Positions 40,811-54,759 of a DNA stretch of 64,000 bases are shown in pieces. The stretch lies in the NCBI RefSeq assembly GCF_009834535.1, contig NC_045697.1:32986001-33050000 (forward strand). The letters run 5' to 3'. The translations under genes and the position numbers were made by a program. How positions within the stretch are numbered: the stretch's first letter is position 1; each line of letters starts with the position of its first letter. Below the pieces are notes generated by a model. That model had not been told where the DNA came from and did not search any database. It worked only from the letters and a program-made list of their open reading frames with translations. This DNA is from Camelus ferus (Eukaryota).

Positions 40811-41473
40811 AGCCGCAGTCTGGGCATCACTTAGGAAAATTTTTACATGTCCCTTCCGATCTTTTATGTAGAATGTGTTACTTCCCACTTCTGCAATTTC
40901 AGCTAACTGTACCTTCTAGTCTGATTCTGTTTTTTGGGTTTTTTGTTTGTTTGTTTGTTTTGGTTTTTTGGGGGTGGGTGTCTCTTCCAGTGTTTGGATT
41001 TTCCCTTAAAATCTCTAGTTTGTTTTTTCTCTCTGGCTTGCTGTAATCCTCTTTGCTTTGAGTAAGTATTGCTTGCCTTAACTTGGTCCCTTAGTAAAGA
41101 AATGTGACAAATGGCTACACAGAAACTTTTGGGTCAGGCTTCTCTGCCCTCTTTTCAGGTAGGCAGTTGGGCTGATATACAGAAAGACAATTACTGCATT
41201 TCCTGCTTAGACATTAATACCATGTGTGTGTAGCTGGATGCACATCATATATGATGGTTTGTGTAGTCCTTATTTGGAAAGAAAGTAGAGGATTTTTTAA
41301 ATGTTTATATGATAATAAAGGTGCTTATAGATGCTGGTTAGTCACAGAGGTGGTCTGTGGTGGAAATTTGATGATACATCCAGAATTCATGTTCACCTTC
41401 CCGTATCTAAGCATATCCAGATATTTGTAAGTATCCACCAGTATACTCAAGTAATAGGGATTAAAATCTGATT

Positions 41474-42188
41474 AAGCATAATATCTATGAGGTTCGTCTA
41501 TGCTGTCCCAAATGCAAAGATCTTTTTTCTTTTTTTAAGGCTAAATAATATTCTATTGTGTGTATATACAACATTTTCTTTATCCATAATCCACCAGCTG
41601 AGTTTGTTTCCCTATCTTGGCTATTGTGAATATGTGAAATAAGCCAGTCACAGAAGGACAAATACTGTGTGATTCCACTTATATGACGTGCATAAAGTAG
41701 TCAAACTCATAGAAGCACAAAGCAGAATGGCAGTGGGGGTCTTTGTAGACCATGGAAGGCTTTGTTTTTACTGTAGGTGTTTTGTTTTACTGTGGGTGTT
41801 CTACAAACAGCCAGAGGTGGCAGGGGGGAAGGACTATGAAGTTGTTCAATGTGTATAAAGTTTTAGTTATACAAGACTAATAAATTCCAGAAAACTGCTG
41901 TAAAATATACTTTCTATAGTTTACAATATTGTGTTGTGAAGTTAAAAATTTGTTCAGAGGGTTGATCTCACACAGAGCATTCCCATCATAAAACAAACAA
42001 GCAGACAAAACCACAATGGGACATAAGGAAATTTTAGAGGTGATGGATGTATCTATTACTTTGAATTCAGTGATGGTTTCATGGTGTATGTGCGTGTCCA
42101 AACTCATCAAACTCTACACATTAAATATATGTAGTTTTGCGTTTATCAGTTATACCTTAGCAAAGCTGTTTAAAAAAAAAAAAAAAAA
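41474..42188 (+). mobile_element. L1MA10/L1MB-type 3' end with 5' inversion (41474 to about 41631 antisense; about 41632-42188 sense) and poly-A
   Basis: Antisense agcataat...tatcttggctattgtgaata is joined to sense gtgaaataagccagtcacagaaggacaaatactg; A16 tail. Confidence 0.88.
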
Positions 42189-42801
42189 GATCTGGTTGAT
42201 TTAAACCATTCAGTGCGTTCCATTTATCTGGTCGTAATAAGGGATGGCTCAGATGTGGACTGAGCTAGTTCAAACTAGACATTAGGAGTCTTCCTTGAGA
42301 TGCTGAGACACAAGTGCTCTTTCTTTTCTAGTCATGTCCTCTGTTAAGAGCCTTTATTCCAATTCTGTTTAAACAACATTTAGGATGATGGAGAAAACAT
42401 TCTTTTTCAGTTCAAGCAGGGTCAAAATTATTGCATTATCTCTTAACTAAGATTGCAGACTTTAATTTAAAAAAAAAAAGGTTTCTTAACAAAGCAGCAC
42501 TTTCCTCCCACCCGCCCCTTTCTGTGAGTATTCAGTTCACCTTTGGCCTGAACTTAGTCTGTGTGTAGCAACTCACTGAAGGCCAGGACAAGGAGCCGGT
42601 ACGCTCCAACCCCATGAATTTTCTTCACAATCTCTTAACACTATACCCTTTAAAAGCATAGTTTGTGTCCTAACACACAAAAGCAGCAATTACACAGACA
42701 CCTAAGGAGGATCATTGACTTTTCATCCTGGGATAAATTCAGACAGGTCTCCAGACTGCATTTTCTGTTCTATTAACCCCTCATTCTCTGATGCCAAGTT
42801 C

Positions 42802-43375
42802 TGTATCAGTTAGGACCCTTATATTTGCATATAACATGGTCTCCTCTCAAATTGACATTAACAGTAGAAGAATTTATCAGCCTAACTGTATACAGTAACT
42901 GGAGATCAGAGTAAGGTATATTTCAGAGTTTATGGGTCCAGAAGCTCAATAGTGGTATCAAATGTCTAGTCTCTTTTTCTCTTTTTTGGCTCTGAAAGCC
43001 AAAATAACAGCTTTTACCCTAGAATGAGCTGATCTCGTGTATGGGACTTTCCACTATGATTAGAGCTATATATTCCCTCATCCATGTCCAGCAAAGGAAA
43101 AAGGGGTTTATCAAACAATATTTCAAGGAATTCAAACTGTGAGTACCACCAAAATCATTTTCCCACTCCTAAACCATCCTTAAACATGAGCAAGGTGATG
43201 AACTGTATTGACTGAGCTAAAATAATCAGAGTCTATAATTGTACTTGAAGGTGGGGTCAGCTTCAAGAGATATACAGGCTATGTAAAAAGCAGCAGCTCA
43301 AGACAAACATTTGGATATATTTTGGAAAGAAAAAGATGAATAGAATTTGGGTAGGTAACAGACAAATGTCCATTT
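42802..43375 (-). mobile_element. Degraded MLT1-type LTR
   Basis: tgtatcagttaggaccc...tttgcatataaca...aagaatttatcagcc...ggtggggtcagctt...gggtaggtaaca. Confidence 0.5.
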
Positions 43376-43679
43376 AGAGGAATAATTCTAATATCACTTA
43401 GTGAGAATTAGGAATCCACTGAAAGAGACCATGCGATGAGAAATGGAGATTATATATATACTTAAGCCAATAAGTGAGAACTCAAGATGCAGAGAAGATA
43501 GACAAGATGCTAGAAAATATGGCTTCAGGGACCAGGAACTGTGTGATTCAGAACACAGTACCATCAAGAAAAAATACATGCCATTGGTTACCTGGAATAA
43601 CGACTGAAAGTCCACTTTTTAACAGAGACCCCAGTCCACTAGTCAGGGGATACATGCATCTGAAGACGACTTAATTTCA

Positions 43680-43950
43680 TGGGTGTAATGCATTGATTAT
43701 AAGTAAAACTCAGGGGTCAGACTGGTGGGGTTCTAATTTCAGGTCATCACCTCCAAATTTTTTTGATCTTGTAGAAGTTATTTGATCTCTGAGAGCCTCA
43801 CTGCCTCCAGTCATAAAATGGAGATAATTGTACTAATAATATTGCCATTTTGACTTTGTATTTATATAAGGTAAAGAATGTAAAGCACTTAGCCAGAAGG
43901 ATCCTCTTTCTCACAGTGAATGCTCAATTAATGGTAGATATTAGTAGTAT
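43680..43950 (+). mobile_element. MIR SINE
   Basis: ggtcagactgg...aagttatttgatctctgagagcctcac...taaaatggagataat...tgtaaagcacttagc...tgctcaattaatggtag. Confidence 0.8.
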
Positions 43951-45863
43951 GCTTTAGTACAAAGGACGTTTTTTCTGGATAATAATTGTATGTACTAAAT
44001 ACAGTCCTACACTGAAGTTGGTAGCTCCCTCTTGAGCTGATAGGCCCATGGGCAGATGTAAGATACTGATATAAAACTTCTGTGTTCATGAGGGGTACTG
44101 GGGAGAGTCCCCCAGGGCCTTCCTCAGGCTACAGCTGTAGAAGGTGTAGTGCTGCAGGGCTCTGACTTTATAAGAGTTTCCTGGAAGTGTCCCTCAGGTC
44201 CATTTGCAGATCCATTATCACCAGTTGTACCTTTTAGGGCTTCTCCAGGCTAGATGAGTTGTTTATGTGTGTGATTAATGTCTCATGAGGGCCCTCCACC
44301 TGTACATGTTTGAGGATGTGGTGGGATGCTTATGAGGCATTTAACAGTTAGTGCTATGGGATCAGTAAGCTCCCCAAAGCAAGCCAAATGGGCAACATCC
44401 CAAACAGCAGGGGAAAAAAATTCTGCCTCAGCTGTCTAAATACAACTGATGTGCCTCGGCTACTTGAAATCTGGGCCTCCTACTGCCAACAGCACCGCTG
44501 ACCGTGGCACATGGGAGCAAAGTTTTCTGAGGATCATATTTAATTATGTCTTAGAATAACCAGTGTACCTCTTCTCCTACCCATCTAGGAAAAGAGAACA
44601 TGGAATTATCTGTTCTACTCACATAAAAAAAAAAAAAAAAATCATCCTGAGAACATTAGATGGCTTAGAACCTTGAAGGAAACATATTGCTCAAGGGGAA
44701 TTCCTAAAATATTTAATGAAATTATTTACTGGTCTATAGTCTTATCTCCCAGCAAGAATTTCCTGTAGCAAATTTTATAGTTGTGTTGATGAAGACTGCC
44801 TTAATTCTTATTCCTGATAATAAGCTATATGGATGTAGGAGTATCTATTTTCATGTATTTCTACTATTTTCAGTACACAGTGCACATTGATACAAAGTGA
44901 ACATAGTAAAATATGAAGGTTCTGACCATCATCCAATCCATAATTTGAAATGTAGCTATCCAGGATTTATCATATTACTGTATTCTTTGTGGGCAAGCTG
45001 TCCCTTGGTAGCCATTTCTGGGATGAGTCACATCATAACACTGGGGTAAAGCTATGCTCTGTAACTTAAGAACCTATGAGTTATAACTAGATAGCTGGAG
45101 ATTCATGCTCACAGGCAGTAGGCAAACAGATCCTCTTCTTAAAATTCCAGCAAGTTAACAATCATTTAACCCCATATTAGCATAATTTCCTATTCACATG
45201 TAGGATACCAATTTTAAGCCTATAAACACAAGAAATGAAGAGATTCACATTCTCAGGACATAAAAACTCAAGTTATCTAGACCTAAAGTAATGTAAATGA
45301 AGCTATTGAGTTTGTCATTTGGTGGAGCAAAAGCATCAGTGTGTTCACTCTTCTTGCATTGTGTGATAGCTAAGCTCTACTTTTATGATGCAAATGCTAC
45401 TAGGCAAAGTGCAACTGAAATCAATATGATTTTGCTCAGTATTCACGCAACAGAAGACATCTGTACAATATTTTTTGGGATGATATTTAACAGAACTATG
45501 GAAAGTAATGACTGTTCAAATATAAATGACACTTTTGATTTCAACTAAAAAGCAGCCCTAAACACCAAAGAAGTGCTGGTAATACCAGTTCTGAAAAAGT
45601 CAGCATCATTTAAAGCATCGAAAGGATAAAGACACTGATTGACCTATGTAAGCTTATAAGGAGAATGACCAACTATTGCTCTATCATAAAAAACCGTCCA
45701 TTTCAGGGATCCTTATAATACTGTACAAGGAACTGACAGTCGTTAAGAAAGTATTTTCTTTTCTAATTGAACCACCAAGCCACTCTTATTTCTAATACAT
45801 TAACTGTGTCAAGCTTCACTGAAACTAATATCCTGCCACTAAGGATATACTAAGATTTCTCAC

Positions 45864-46351
45864 TATGAACGAAAAATACTGCAAACCCTATCAGTAAACA
45901 AAGAATGCTGAAGCCATCAAGTCATCATCTGCTGCTGCTGCCACCCGCCAAGGTGAAGACAAGCCTGCAGCCAGGCCTCTGCAGCCACTCACAATGGTGC
46001 ACTCAGAACGGACTCAGAATAATAAAGAACAAGATATTGGCCCTAGATAGCTAGATGCTTGTCAAAGGAATGAATTCAATGAGCCCAAATGTTTGCTTCC
46101 TCCCATACATAGAAAAGCACTAAATTCTTTAACTTGAGATGCCTGTTTGTTTTTTTTTTTTAGATAACAAATAATCTTTTATTGTTCCAACCACCTGGTC
46201 TTTGTTGTAAAGCTCCTGTATATCCTAGCTCCTCCCCTACCTCTTTGGAGCAGTCCCTCAGAGCGATCTGAGAGGCTGTCATCCCGGCTTGAGTCCTGCC
46301 AAATAAAACTTAACTCTCAACTTTTAGGCTGTGCATTTATTTCAATCAACG
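45864..46351 (+). mobile_element. Solo ERV1-type LTR of an artiodactyl-type family
   Basis: gtatatcctagctcctcccctacctctttggagcagtccctcagagcgatctgagaggctgtc...aataaaacttaactctcaacttttaggctgtgcatt...tcaac; AATAAA about 45 nt from the end. Confidence 0.75.
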
Positions 46352-46352
46352 T

Positions 46353-46461
<109 letters not shown>

Positions 46462-47923
46462 AGAAATGCAAGCAAATAAACAAACAACAACAACAAAACA
46501 ATAGAAACAGCCACCAAATCTTTGGCTGCCCAGAACAGCAACTCTGCTACTATTTTAAGTTTATTTCATGGAATTGATAGAAAAGCATAGCTTCAGGTCT
46601 GGACCTTAAGTTCAATATTATGATCACACATGTCCTCTGTACAGTTTCTACTGCCACAAATGAGTAAAAGAGTTCATCACTCTGAGAAAGCATTATTCAA
46701 GACAACAGGGAGTCTCCTGAGGAGACTGCCTTTTAGAGAGGTTAAGCAGATGACCTAACTACCCCAACTCTAGTTCCCCAAATGTGCTCAACCACTGGTG
46801 GGAGCAGCCCGAAGGAGCATGTGGCCCCAGCATGAACAAGAAATCCCCAGGTGCAGCCACTACAGACTGTCAGCCAACAAACTCTTTGCAATAGATTCTC
46901 TCAAAGAGAAGATTGAGTATTATACCCTCCTGGCCACCATAATTATATTTGATTTCTCATGTCAACCTATATTTTGGTAATTTACCAACTACTCTCTACT
47001 TTTATATTGTAAGGAAATCTTTTTACTCACTGACTTTATGGGACAGAAGTAATTGAACATTTAATTTTTTTCTGTGTTCAAAAATGAGTGACCTGTATAG
47101 TTTCATTGGTCAAACTGGACTAGTCTTTTCTCCTTTGTCATCCTCCTTTTCTTCGACACTGTATATAACATAATTTGTGCACATCACGTGACACACAAGA
47201 TCCAAATAAATGATTCCTAAAATTTGTACAGTGATGAACACTGACAGAAATCATCTTTCCATGGCTTGGTTTTAAAATTTAGTTAGGAAAGATGGGAAAT
47301 GAAATCTGGGAGTTGGCAGCCTATAAGGGAAAAAAATCCCTACTTACTTTTCAGGAGCTTAAAATCTCAAGTACATCTTAAAATATCCTCCTACTTGATT
47401 GAATAGCAAAAAATAGATTTCCACAGGTCTACAACTTGCTGATGCTCCTGGCTTTTTAATAGCAAGGATGTCAAAGGGAAAGTTTGAAGATTCTGGCAAG
47501 TATATTAGATAAAAGCCAGTGGATAGCTTTGCATTATAACCAAGATAGACATGCTGGAGATAAAAGGAGTTGACACATTAAAGTGCTTTGCTATTTCTAG
47601 CCCTGTAACTAATATAAAATGTTATAATTGGGTTTGGAGTGTGAACTTACTTAAAAACCATAGCCCATCTCCTGAGCTGCCTTACATTTGTGCACTGCGG
47701 TCAGGCCAGGAGTTGCTTCTCTGTGTTCATAGAAACTTGGATTCCGTTTTGCCATTTAAAATCTAGTTGGTCTCTAAAAGTGCCTCAGTTTAGTGAGTGC
47801 AAGTGAACTCCTTACGTTGCTTTAACTTTCTAATTCATTTACCTTTTAACCCAAAGAAATAAAAAGAAATTTATTTTATCTTTGAATATGTATTTTGGAG
47901 AGCACTGTGCTCAGTGGTCAAGG

Positions 47924-48519
47924 TGAGATAGGAAGGGGGCAGGACACAGCCATTCAAGGCAGTGAAACATTCAACCCCCAGTAGGCCTTGAGGCTCAGGA
48001 TGGTGAGAGATTTACTTCCAGTAGATCTTGAGCTTCATTATATGCTCATTGGAATATATTAACATGGTGAATAACATGCCCACAGGCACCATGGCAGTCC
48101 CAAGGCTAGCCACAAAAGGTCAAAGAGTGGAAAATGGCCAACTTCCTGGGAATCCCAGCCCCTTCCCCGGGTTACTTTGACTGGTCCTTCCACTTATTAG
48201 CATATGAAGCCACCAAGCCCATAAAAACTAGCAACACAGAGCGTAGCGGCTCTCTCTCCCTCTTTGGAGAGGTCCCACATTCTGTCTCTGGAGTGTGTAC
48301 CTCCTTTAATCTGAGCACCCAACCCCCACACCTTGTGGCCTTTCTCTTGCCTTTCAATATATCTCTCTGAACAAATCTGCCTTTACTCAACTATGGCTCG
48401 CTCTTGAATTCTTTCCTGCGTGAAGCCAAGGACCCATGCTTGGCAGGGCATGTCCCAGGTGCTCAGCTGAAGCCTGGGACACAGACCTCCTTATGCCCCA
48501 CATCTATTTTTCTACATCA
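47924..48519 (+). mobile_element. MER41-like solo ERV1 LTR
   Basis: TG...CA termini with flanks aagg/aaga; atgcccacaggcaccatggcagt, ttagcatatgaa...cccataaaaactagcaac and ggctcgctcttgaattctttcctgcgtgaagccaaggaccc parallel the MER41 consensus. Confidence 0.8.
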
Positions 48520-49439
48520 AAGACAGGTGATCTTAGCACATGCTAAGGCCTGACAGAGAGCAATTACTGAAGAATCACCAGTTGGACAACTCACTCACAT
48601 ACCATTTGGTTTCTTATTTATATATACAGAATGGAATATGTTTTATTTCATGTTTTATCCATTGGTTATTGTTAGTTTGCTTGGAATTTAGCACCATTAA
48701 ACCAAAAAAAAAAAAAAAAAAGGAGCTCTGAGATTACAGTTTGCCCCTTAAAAAAGGCAAAAAGTCAAATACTATTGTTTCTCAAGATTATGAGAATAAA
48801 TGAAATGAATGAGAATGAATTTCAGTACAGAATGAAGTTCCATAAATGTACAAAATAAATGATTTTAAATGCTAACATTTTAAAGTGTCTGTTAGGAGCC
48901 TAGGATTTTTACACACATTATTTCAATTTCTCCTTCCTACCTCCCTTCCTTTCTTTTTTCTTTCTTTCCTTATTGTGTATCTACATATGCTTGGAACTGG
49001 GATTATGACAACACCTCCCTTCACTCAACCTCTGACCATTCATTAATGTTGTGGCTTAAGAAAGCCATTTTCACATATTTTATACAAATAACTGTTTTTA
49101 AAAGTAATTTCTAACTTGTACACCTAAAGCAATTGCTGCATTTATAGCAGAGAAGCAGGAATCAAGACTTGGAATTATTTTGCATGTCCCTCTTCTATCA
49201 ATTTACCTACCTATAACTCCGTCTCTTCCATGAACTCTTTCTAGGGCTCTGAGTTTCTCTTTTAGAAAACCATTAAATTAAGACATTTACCATTATTGCA
49301 TATGTATATTTGCCATTCATGTATGTTAACTAGAGAGAGTAGAATAGTGAAAAATTAACACAGTATCAATTCATGAGTCAGATTAATTTTGGAAAACCAG
49401 ACAGTTTAGGTTTAATGTGAAAGGAAAGATCTGTAATCT

Positions 49440-49981
49440 GGTGCATTATTTTTCCATGGCTATAAAACAGATCTCCACAAACTTTATGATTTAAAACAAC
49501 TTTTACTTATTACTGCATATTTTCATGGATCAAGAATCTGAACATGGCTCAAAGGGATCCTCTGCTAAGGGTTCCACAGGCTGCAGTTATAATGTTGCCC
49601 AGGGCTGTGGTTTCATCTGAGGTTCTGGACCTTGTTCCATGTGGTTGTTGGAAGAATTCACTTGCTTATGGTTGCAAGGCGGAAGCCCTCAGCTCCTAGA
49701 AGTCCCCTGCAATCTTGCCATGTGATGTTCTCAGTAGGCAATTCATAACTGACAACTTTCTTCTTCAAAGCCACTAGCATATTCTCTTACTGCAGGCTGG
49801 AGAGAGGGAGTTTTATATAACATAATGAGATCAAGGGAGTGTAGTCCTATCACCATCACTTTTTCCCAGATAATGTAGCTTTGTCAGCAGGATTAAATCC
49901 CATCCCCTTTGCTGTATTCTTTTGGCTAGAAACAAGCATCAGAAATCATGGAGGCCACCTTAGAATTATATTTATTATACA
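49440..49981 (-). mobile_element. MLT1 (E/F-like) LTR, antisense
   Basis: ccacaaactttatgatttaaaacaac...ggatcaagaatctgaacatggctc...catgtggttgttggaagaattcac...ggaggccaccttagaa. Confidence 0.8.
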
Positions 49982-50149
49982 TGATCTAAAACATAGATCA
50001 TTGTTTGGGCTATCTACAGTGAAATCTGAGGACCAGAACAAAAACTTACTTCCTTATACATTTTGTCTAAGGTTTATTCTAAGATTTTTCATTTTTACTT
50101 TTATAATGCTTTCTCATTTAATAAAAAGGCCATATCTTTCCTAATCTGC

Positions 50150-50305
50150 CTGTTCTTATCATCCCTGTGGTAAAATAAGGTCATCGTGATCCCTGTCTTT
50201 ACAAGTGAAGATACTGAGCTTCAGAAAGGTTAATCACTAGCTCAAGTTCTCATAGGCGGTAAGAGGTAGAGCTAGAAACTGATTCAGATTTCCTGACTTC
50301 TGTTC
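50150..50305 (-). mobile_element. MIR fragment
   Basis: tttacaagtgaagatactgagcttcagaaaggttaatcactagctcaag...gtaagaggtagagctag. Confidence 0.75.
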
Positions 50306-53300
50306 TTAATTTTATATCACATATGACAAGTGTAATGTCTCTGTAAAGGTTGTCTTAATAGGTACCTCACAAGATCTATTAAGGATTACCTTAGCATGCC
50401 CTGTATAGGATTGTACAGGTGCCCACCCATAACCTCGTGGTACCACACCACCCACAGGCAAATTGGGCTGTATGTCCACATAGACACAGAGCTGCAAAAG
50501 TATTTTAACTGATGTTTTCCGATGATAGGGATATTGTGGAGTCACTGTTATATTCTCTCCCGTCTCAGAAGCTTTATAAAAAGATTTCTCTGGGGTAGCA
50601 TATTTGAGATACCAATCCAGATAATGATGTGCTAGAAGAATTTCTAATAAGATCTCTGTTCTTAGTATTTGTTTTCAGTATCTATTCACCAGAGCCATGA
50701 TATGAATCTCAGAAAATATCACTGAGTTTCAAGTTTCCCTTAATAAAATAGACTGAGTTTTATCTTGCTGTATTCCTCATTACTGCTCTGGGTCAGCATG
50801 CCCCTGATGAGTAAGTACAAGAGTGTTGGAAAAAGCTGGTTGAAAAATAAATACGTCTTTAAAATAAGATCGAGAGTGCAGCTGAATATCAAAGCTGTTA
50901 AAATGCAAAGGGGAATTCTGATGATTTGAAGATGGCCAGAGAGATAAGGAATGTCTGAAATCCTTCCTGGCCAAAACTTCTATAAGGAATATAGATGAAT
51001 AAGAGGCAATGTTAGAGGAAAGCAGACTATCATTATTGTTAACTGGGTCTGTGTTCCTGTATCACCAACGCTACCCCCGTCCCAAGCAGAAGAGCTCTCT
51101 GATATGCGGAGCTTCATATTGAAGCCCAGATAGAGGATGATGAAACCTCATTAAGCCATAAACTCCAATCCTAACTGAGTATCTTTTTTATGCTTTAAGT
51201 AGCCACATAGTTGAAGAGAAAAATGAGGGTCAACCAGAGTATGGGTAGAAGGAGAAAGAGAAAGAAACTTCTTGGCCTCTGACTTCTACTTTCTGAGTGA
51301 TCCTGATCTCTGGTAAGAGAGCCATGTGATCATCACTGAATATTACCAATTGCATTACCTCTTTCTAAGAAGCAAAATTTGGGAGTATACGTGTGGCTTG
51401 AAGAAGAGAGGTTTTCCTTTTTCCAACATAAAAAAAATATATATTTTGTTAACACCATTATATCAAATATATCAAAATCTGCAGAACACTGGAATCAATA
51501 GAGATACTGAAATAAAAATGTGGGGGAAAGCACTAAATTATTAAATAAGTCTAGAAATGCAGATTGAAACAACATTAAACAAATGCAGTCACTGCAGAAA
51601 TTCTATAATGCTAACGTATATTTGTGCGTATCTATGTGAAATCAACTTGTTTGGCCATGAAACTTTCTATTCAAGAACCATACTAACATCTCATCATACA
51701 TTCATGTTAGTAGGTAGTCTGAGGAGTAGAGGCTGAGGCCCAGTTAGCATTGCAGAAGTTTCACTGGGCAGGTGATGCTTATTGGGCAGTGGGGAGGGAC
51801 GTAGAAATAGCAAGATTGGACAGAGAGAGCAACAAACTGCAAAGAAGATATGTTTTCACCAAATCACAGACAGCTCTGGAACAAGTGTTGTTGTTGTTGT
51901 TATGAGAGTCCCATGTAGAGGAAAATGGCCTTGTTTTAGTTATCTCCACATGCTCAGGGATTGTCTGGGGACTTTCCAAGAATAGTGTGGCTGCAGCTTG
52001 AAAGCTGAGGTGATCCTGAAGGTGTTGATAGATGGAGGCTGTCAAGAAACTATTCCTTACAGCTGAATGGGAACCATTCTCTATGATAGGAGATCTGAGT
52101 GGTACCTCTCGGTGGCGGCCACAAGTGGTATTTTAAGGAAGCCAGGTTAGAAAATCCTGACAGTGACATATTCATATGAATAGTCCCAATCAATCATTTA
52201 AACAAACTTAATTGTGTGTGTGAGAGAGAGAGTATATATATACATATATTTTTTTTTCTTTTTTCTATTCTTTGGGCAGCAGCAAGAGCTGCCAGAAAGA
52301 ATTCCTGAGACTTGACAGGATATGGAATTTCTTCTTCTTTTATATTCTGTTCTGCAGAGTGAATATAAAGTGATGACTGGCTTTATTTTCAATGAATGAC
52401 TCTCATGTTCATAACAGATCTGCAGATGATCGCAAGATACTCTGTTGCTGAGCTTCTTGCTTTCATGAAAACAAGGCACTAAAAGCCCGGTTACTGGAAC
52501 AGCGGGTGAACTATAAGTGAGCTAGAAGGCTGAGAGGAATCCATGAAACCTGGGCTAGCACATATGTATCAAAAATGCCTTCTAGGAAGGGATCTTTCTG
52601 GAAATCTACTTAAACTTCTGTAGACTTTTAAGTGTGTGCCATGATTGCAAGTAAGAAATTTGTTACATTCTAGGTTTACCTCAGGACAAATACATACCAC
52701 ATTGATTTCTAGACTGAAGAAGATGGATGAGGTTTTTATTTAATCTTTCCCTTATTTTTTAGAGTTTTATTTGTAGTGACCTGTGAATCACTCCTGGCTT
52801 GGCCCAGAGGTCAAATGGAAATACCAACTGTAAAATACAATTATTTAAGAGAACTGGACCACATTTTATGATAGTTTTATAAGAATTTGGCTTTGATTTT
52901 TGACACAAATCACACAAACCCAGGGAAAATAAATCAAGCAGTGTTCTTTATGTTTACTACGCTTTGTACTCTGTATTTATGTGAATAGAGCACAGCCTGA
53001 GTGTCTGCTGTTATCTATAATAAAATAGGTAGAAACATGGATTGGTTAAGATTTAAAAAAAAAATGACTGGGACAGGAGAGATGTGATTATTTGGTGGTT
53101 TTCCAAATTATCTGCAAATTCAAAAAATAAAACTATTAAAAAGACAGATGGTGGGCCAGATATGGCCTACAAGTCATGTTTGCTGACTCTTGTTGGGGAG
53201 TAACTTTCTAGACACTTGGAAACATAGAAACCAGGCATCTGAACTTTTCTGGCTTCTAAAAGCTGACCCTGATATGTACTTATACCCTTACTCTCTCCAG

Positions 53301-53364
53301 AGGCTAGGGTGGCTGGGTGTTGACAATGTTTAGAGATCACTTGTCAGCTGCCAAAACAGGGTTT

Positions 53365-53652
53365 CTTTTTAAAAATTGAAGTATAGTATATTTACAATAT
53401 TGTGTTGGTTTTAGACATACAGCAAAGAGGTGCAGTTATATATATGTTTTCAGATTACTTTCCATTATAGTTTATTACAAGATAAGATACTGAATATAGT
53501 TCCCTGTGCTGTAGAGTAGGTCCTTGTTGCTTATCTATTTTATGTATAGTAGTTTGTATCTGTTAATCCCATACTCTTAATCTATCCCTTTCCTCCCTGG
53601 TAACCATAAATGTGTTTTCTATGTCTGTGAGTCTGTTTCTGTTTTGTACATA
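53365..53652 (-). mobile_element. Cetartiodactyl-type L1 3' end, antisense
   Basis: aattgaagtatagt...tttacaatattgtgtt...gaatatagttccctgtgctgtagagtaggtccttgttg...ggtaaccataaa...ctatgtctgtgagtctgtttctgttttgta. Confidence 0.9.
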
Positions 53653-54759
53653 GATGCATTCTGATTGTAGAAAGTACAGATCAGAAGTTCCAGAGGTGGT
53701 CAATAGGGGGCATCCATTTTTTTGTTCTGCTTCATCTTTTACTGTTTTGCTCTCCATCATTCTGCTACCCAACCCAGGCAGAGAACAGGAATCCTGTTGA
53801 TACTTTAGTACATATTCTTGTCTGATAACAACAGCTGGAAAGGAATGGCCCCTCATAGAAGGCTGCTTCTATATAATTGAAATCACTGAGGCATAAAAAT
53901 AAGTTTTGCTTTATAGTCTGTAACCTTAAAGTCTGAGAGAAACCCTGCCTTAAAATGTGCATGCATCAAATCTGGAAAATAATCATGACTCCTTAGGACC
54001 AATGGTGACTTAGGACGAATCTAGCACACCTATGTCTTCAGTATGTAAAAATGCAGGAAGATATGTATCACTCTGTGTAAGTTCACTACATTGGTAAGCA
54101 GAATTTAGAGCTCAGTATCTACTATGGGACATTTTATCCTTTTCATACACAAGGATTTCTGGCTTTAAATCATTGACAGCATAATGCCATTTCCTTATTG
54201 CATGATTCATCAGCTTCATTTAATTAAACCCAAGTAACATAAAGGCAGAATTCAGCCAAGCATTTCAGTCCCTTAACCACCATTCTTCCCTTGAAGTCCC
54301 TGACCAGAAGTGAGAAGCACAGAAGATCAAACATCTCTTCAGATTTACAGTTGCTTTTTTTTTTCCCCCTTGGAAAAAAGTTCCAGGTATTTCTACATAT
54401 ACAGTTCACCTTACAGAAATCTAGAAGCAATTTTAAAAGATACTGTTACTTAGGATATAAAATACCCTTGTCAAAAGTGCTCAGAACAAGAAGTGATTGC
54501 TGTCACAGAACTCTGAATGTATTGATTCTGCCTGACTTTTTCTATTATTCCTTTCATTGCTGACGATAAATCACAAAAGCACCACTATCATATCTGTCTG
54601 ACATGGAACTTACGTATTTCATGTGTGTTTACAAAGTGGGCACTAATTTTGTGCATGATGAAAAGAGATACTTTTATTCAGGAGTTAAGGTTTAGATTAT
54701 TGTGAGTTGGTAAAGTTTGTTTATTTCTGACTTACTTAAAATTATAATAACAAATTTTA

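Noticed and set aside
44030..44570. GC-richer block, possibly an old ERVL LTR
   Set aside because: I could not identify termini, a TSD or a family with confidence.
52100..52120. CTCF-like motif acctctcggtggcggc
   Set aside because: Two core positions mismatch, including the near-invariant A of AG.
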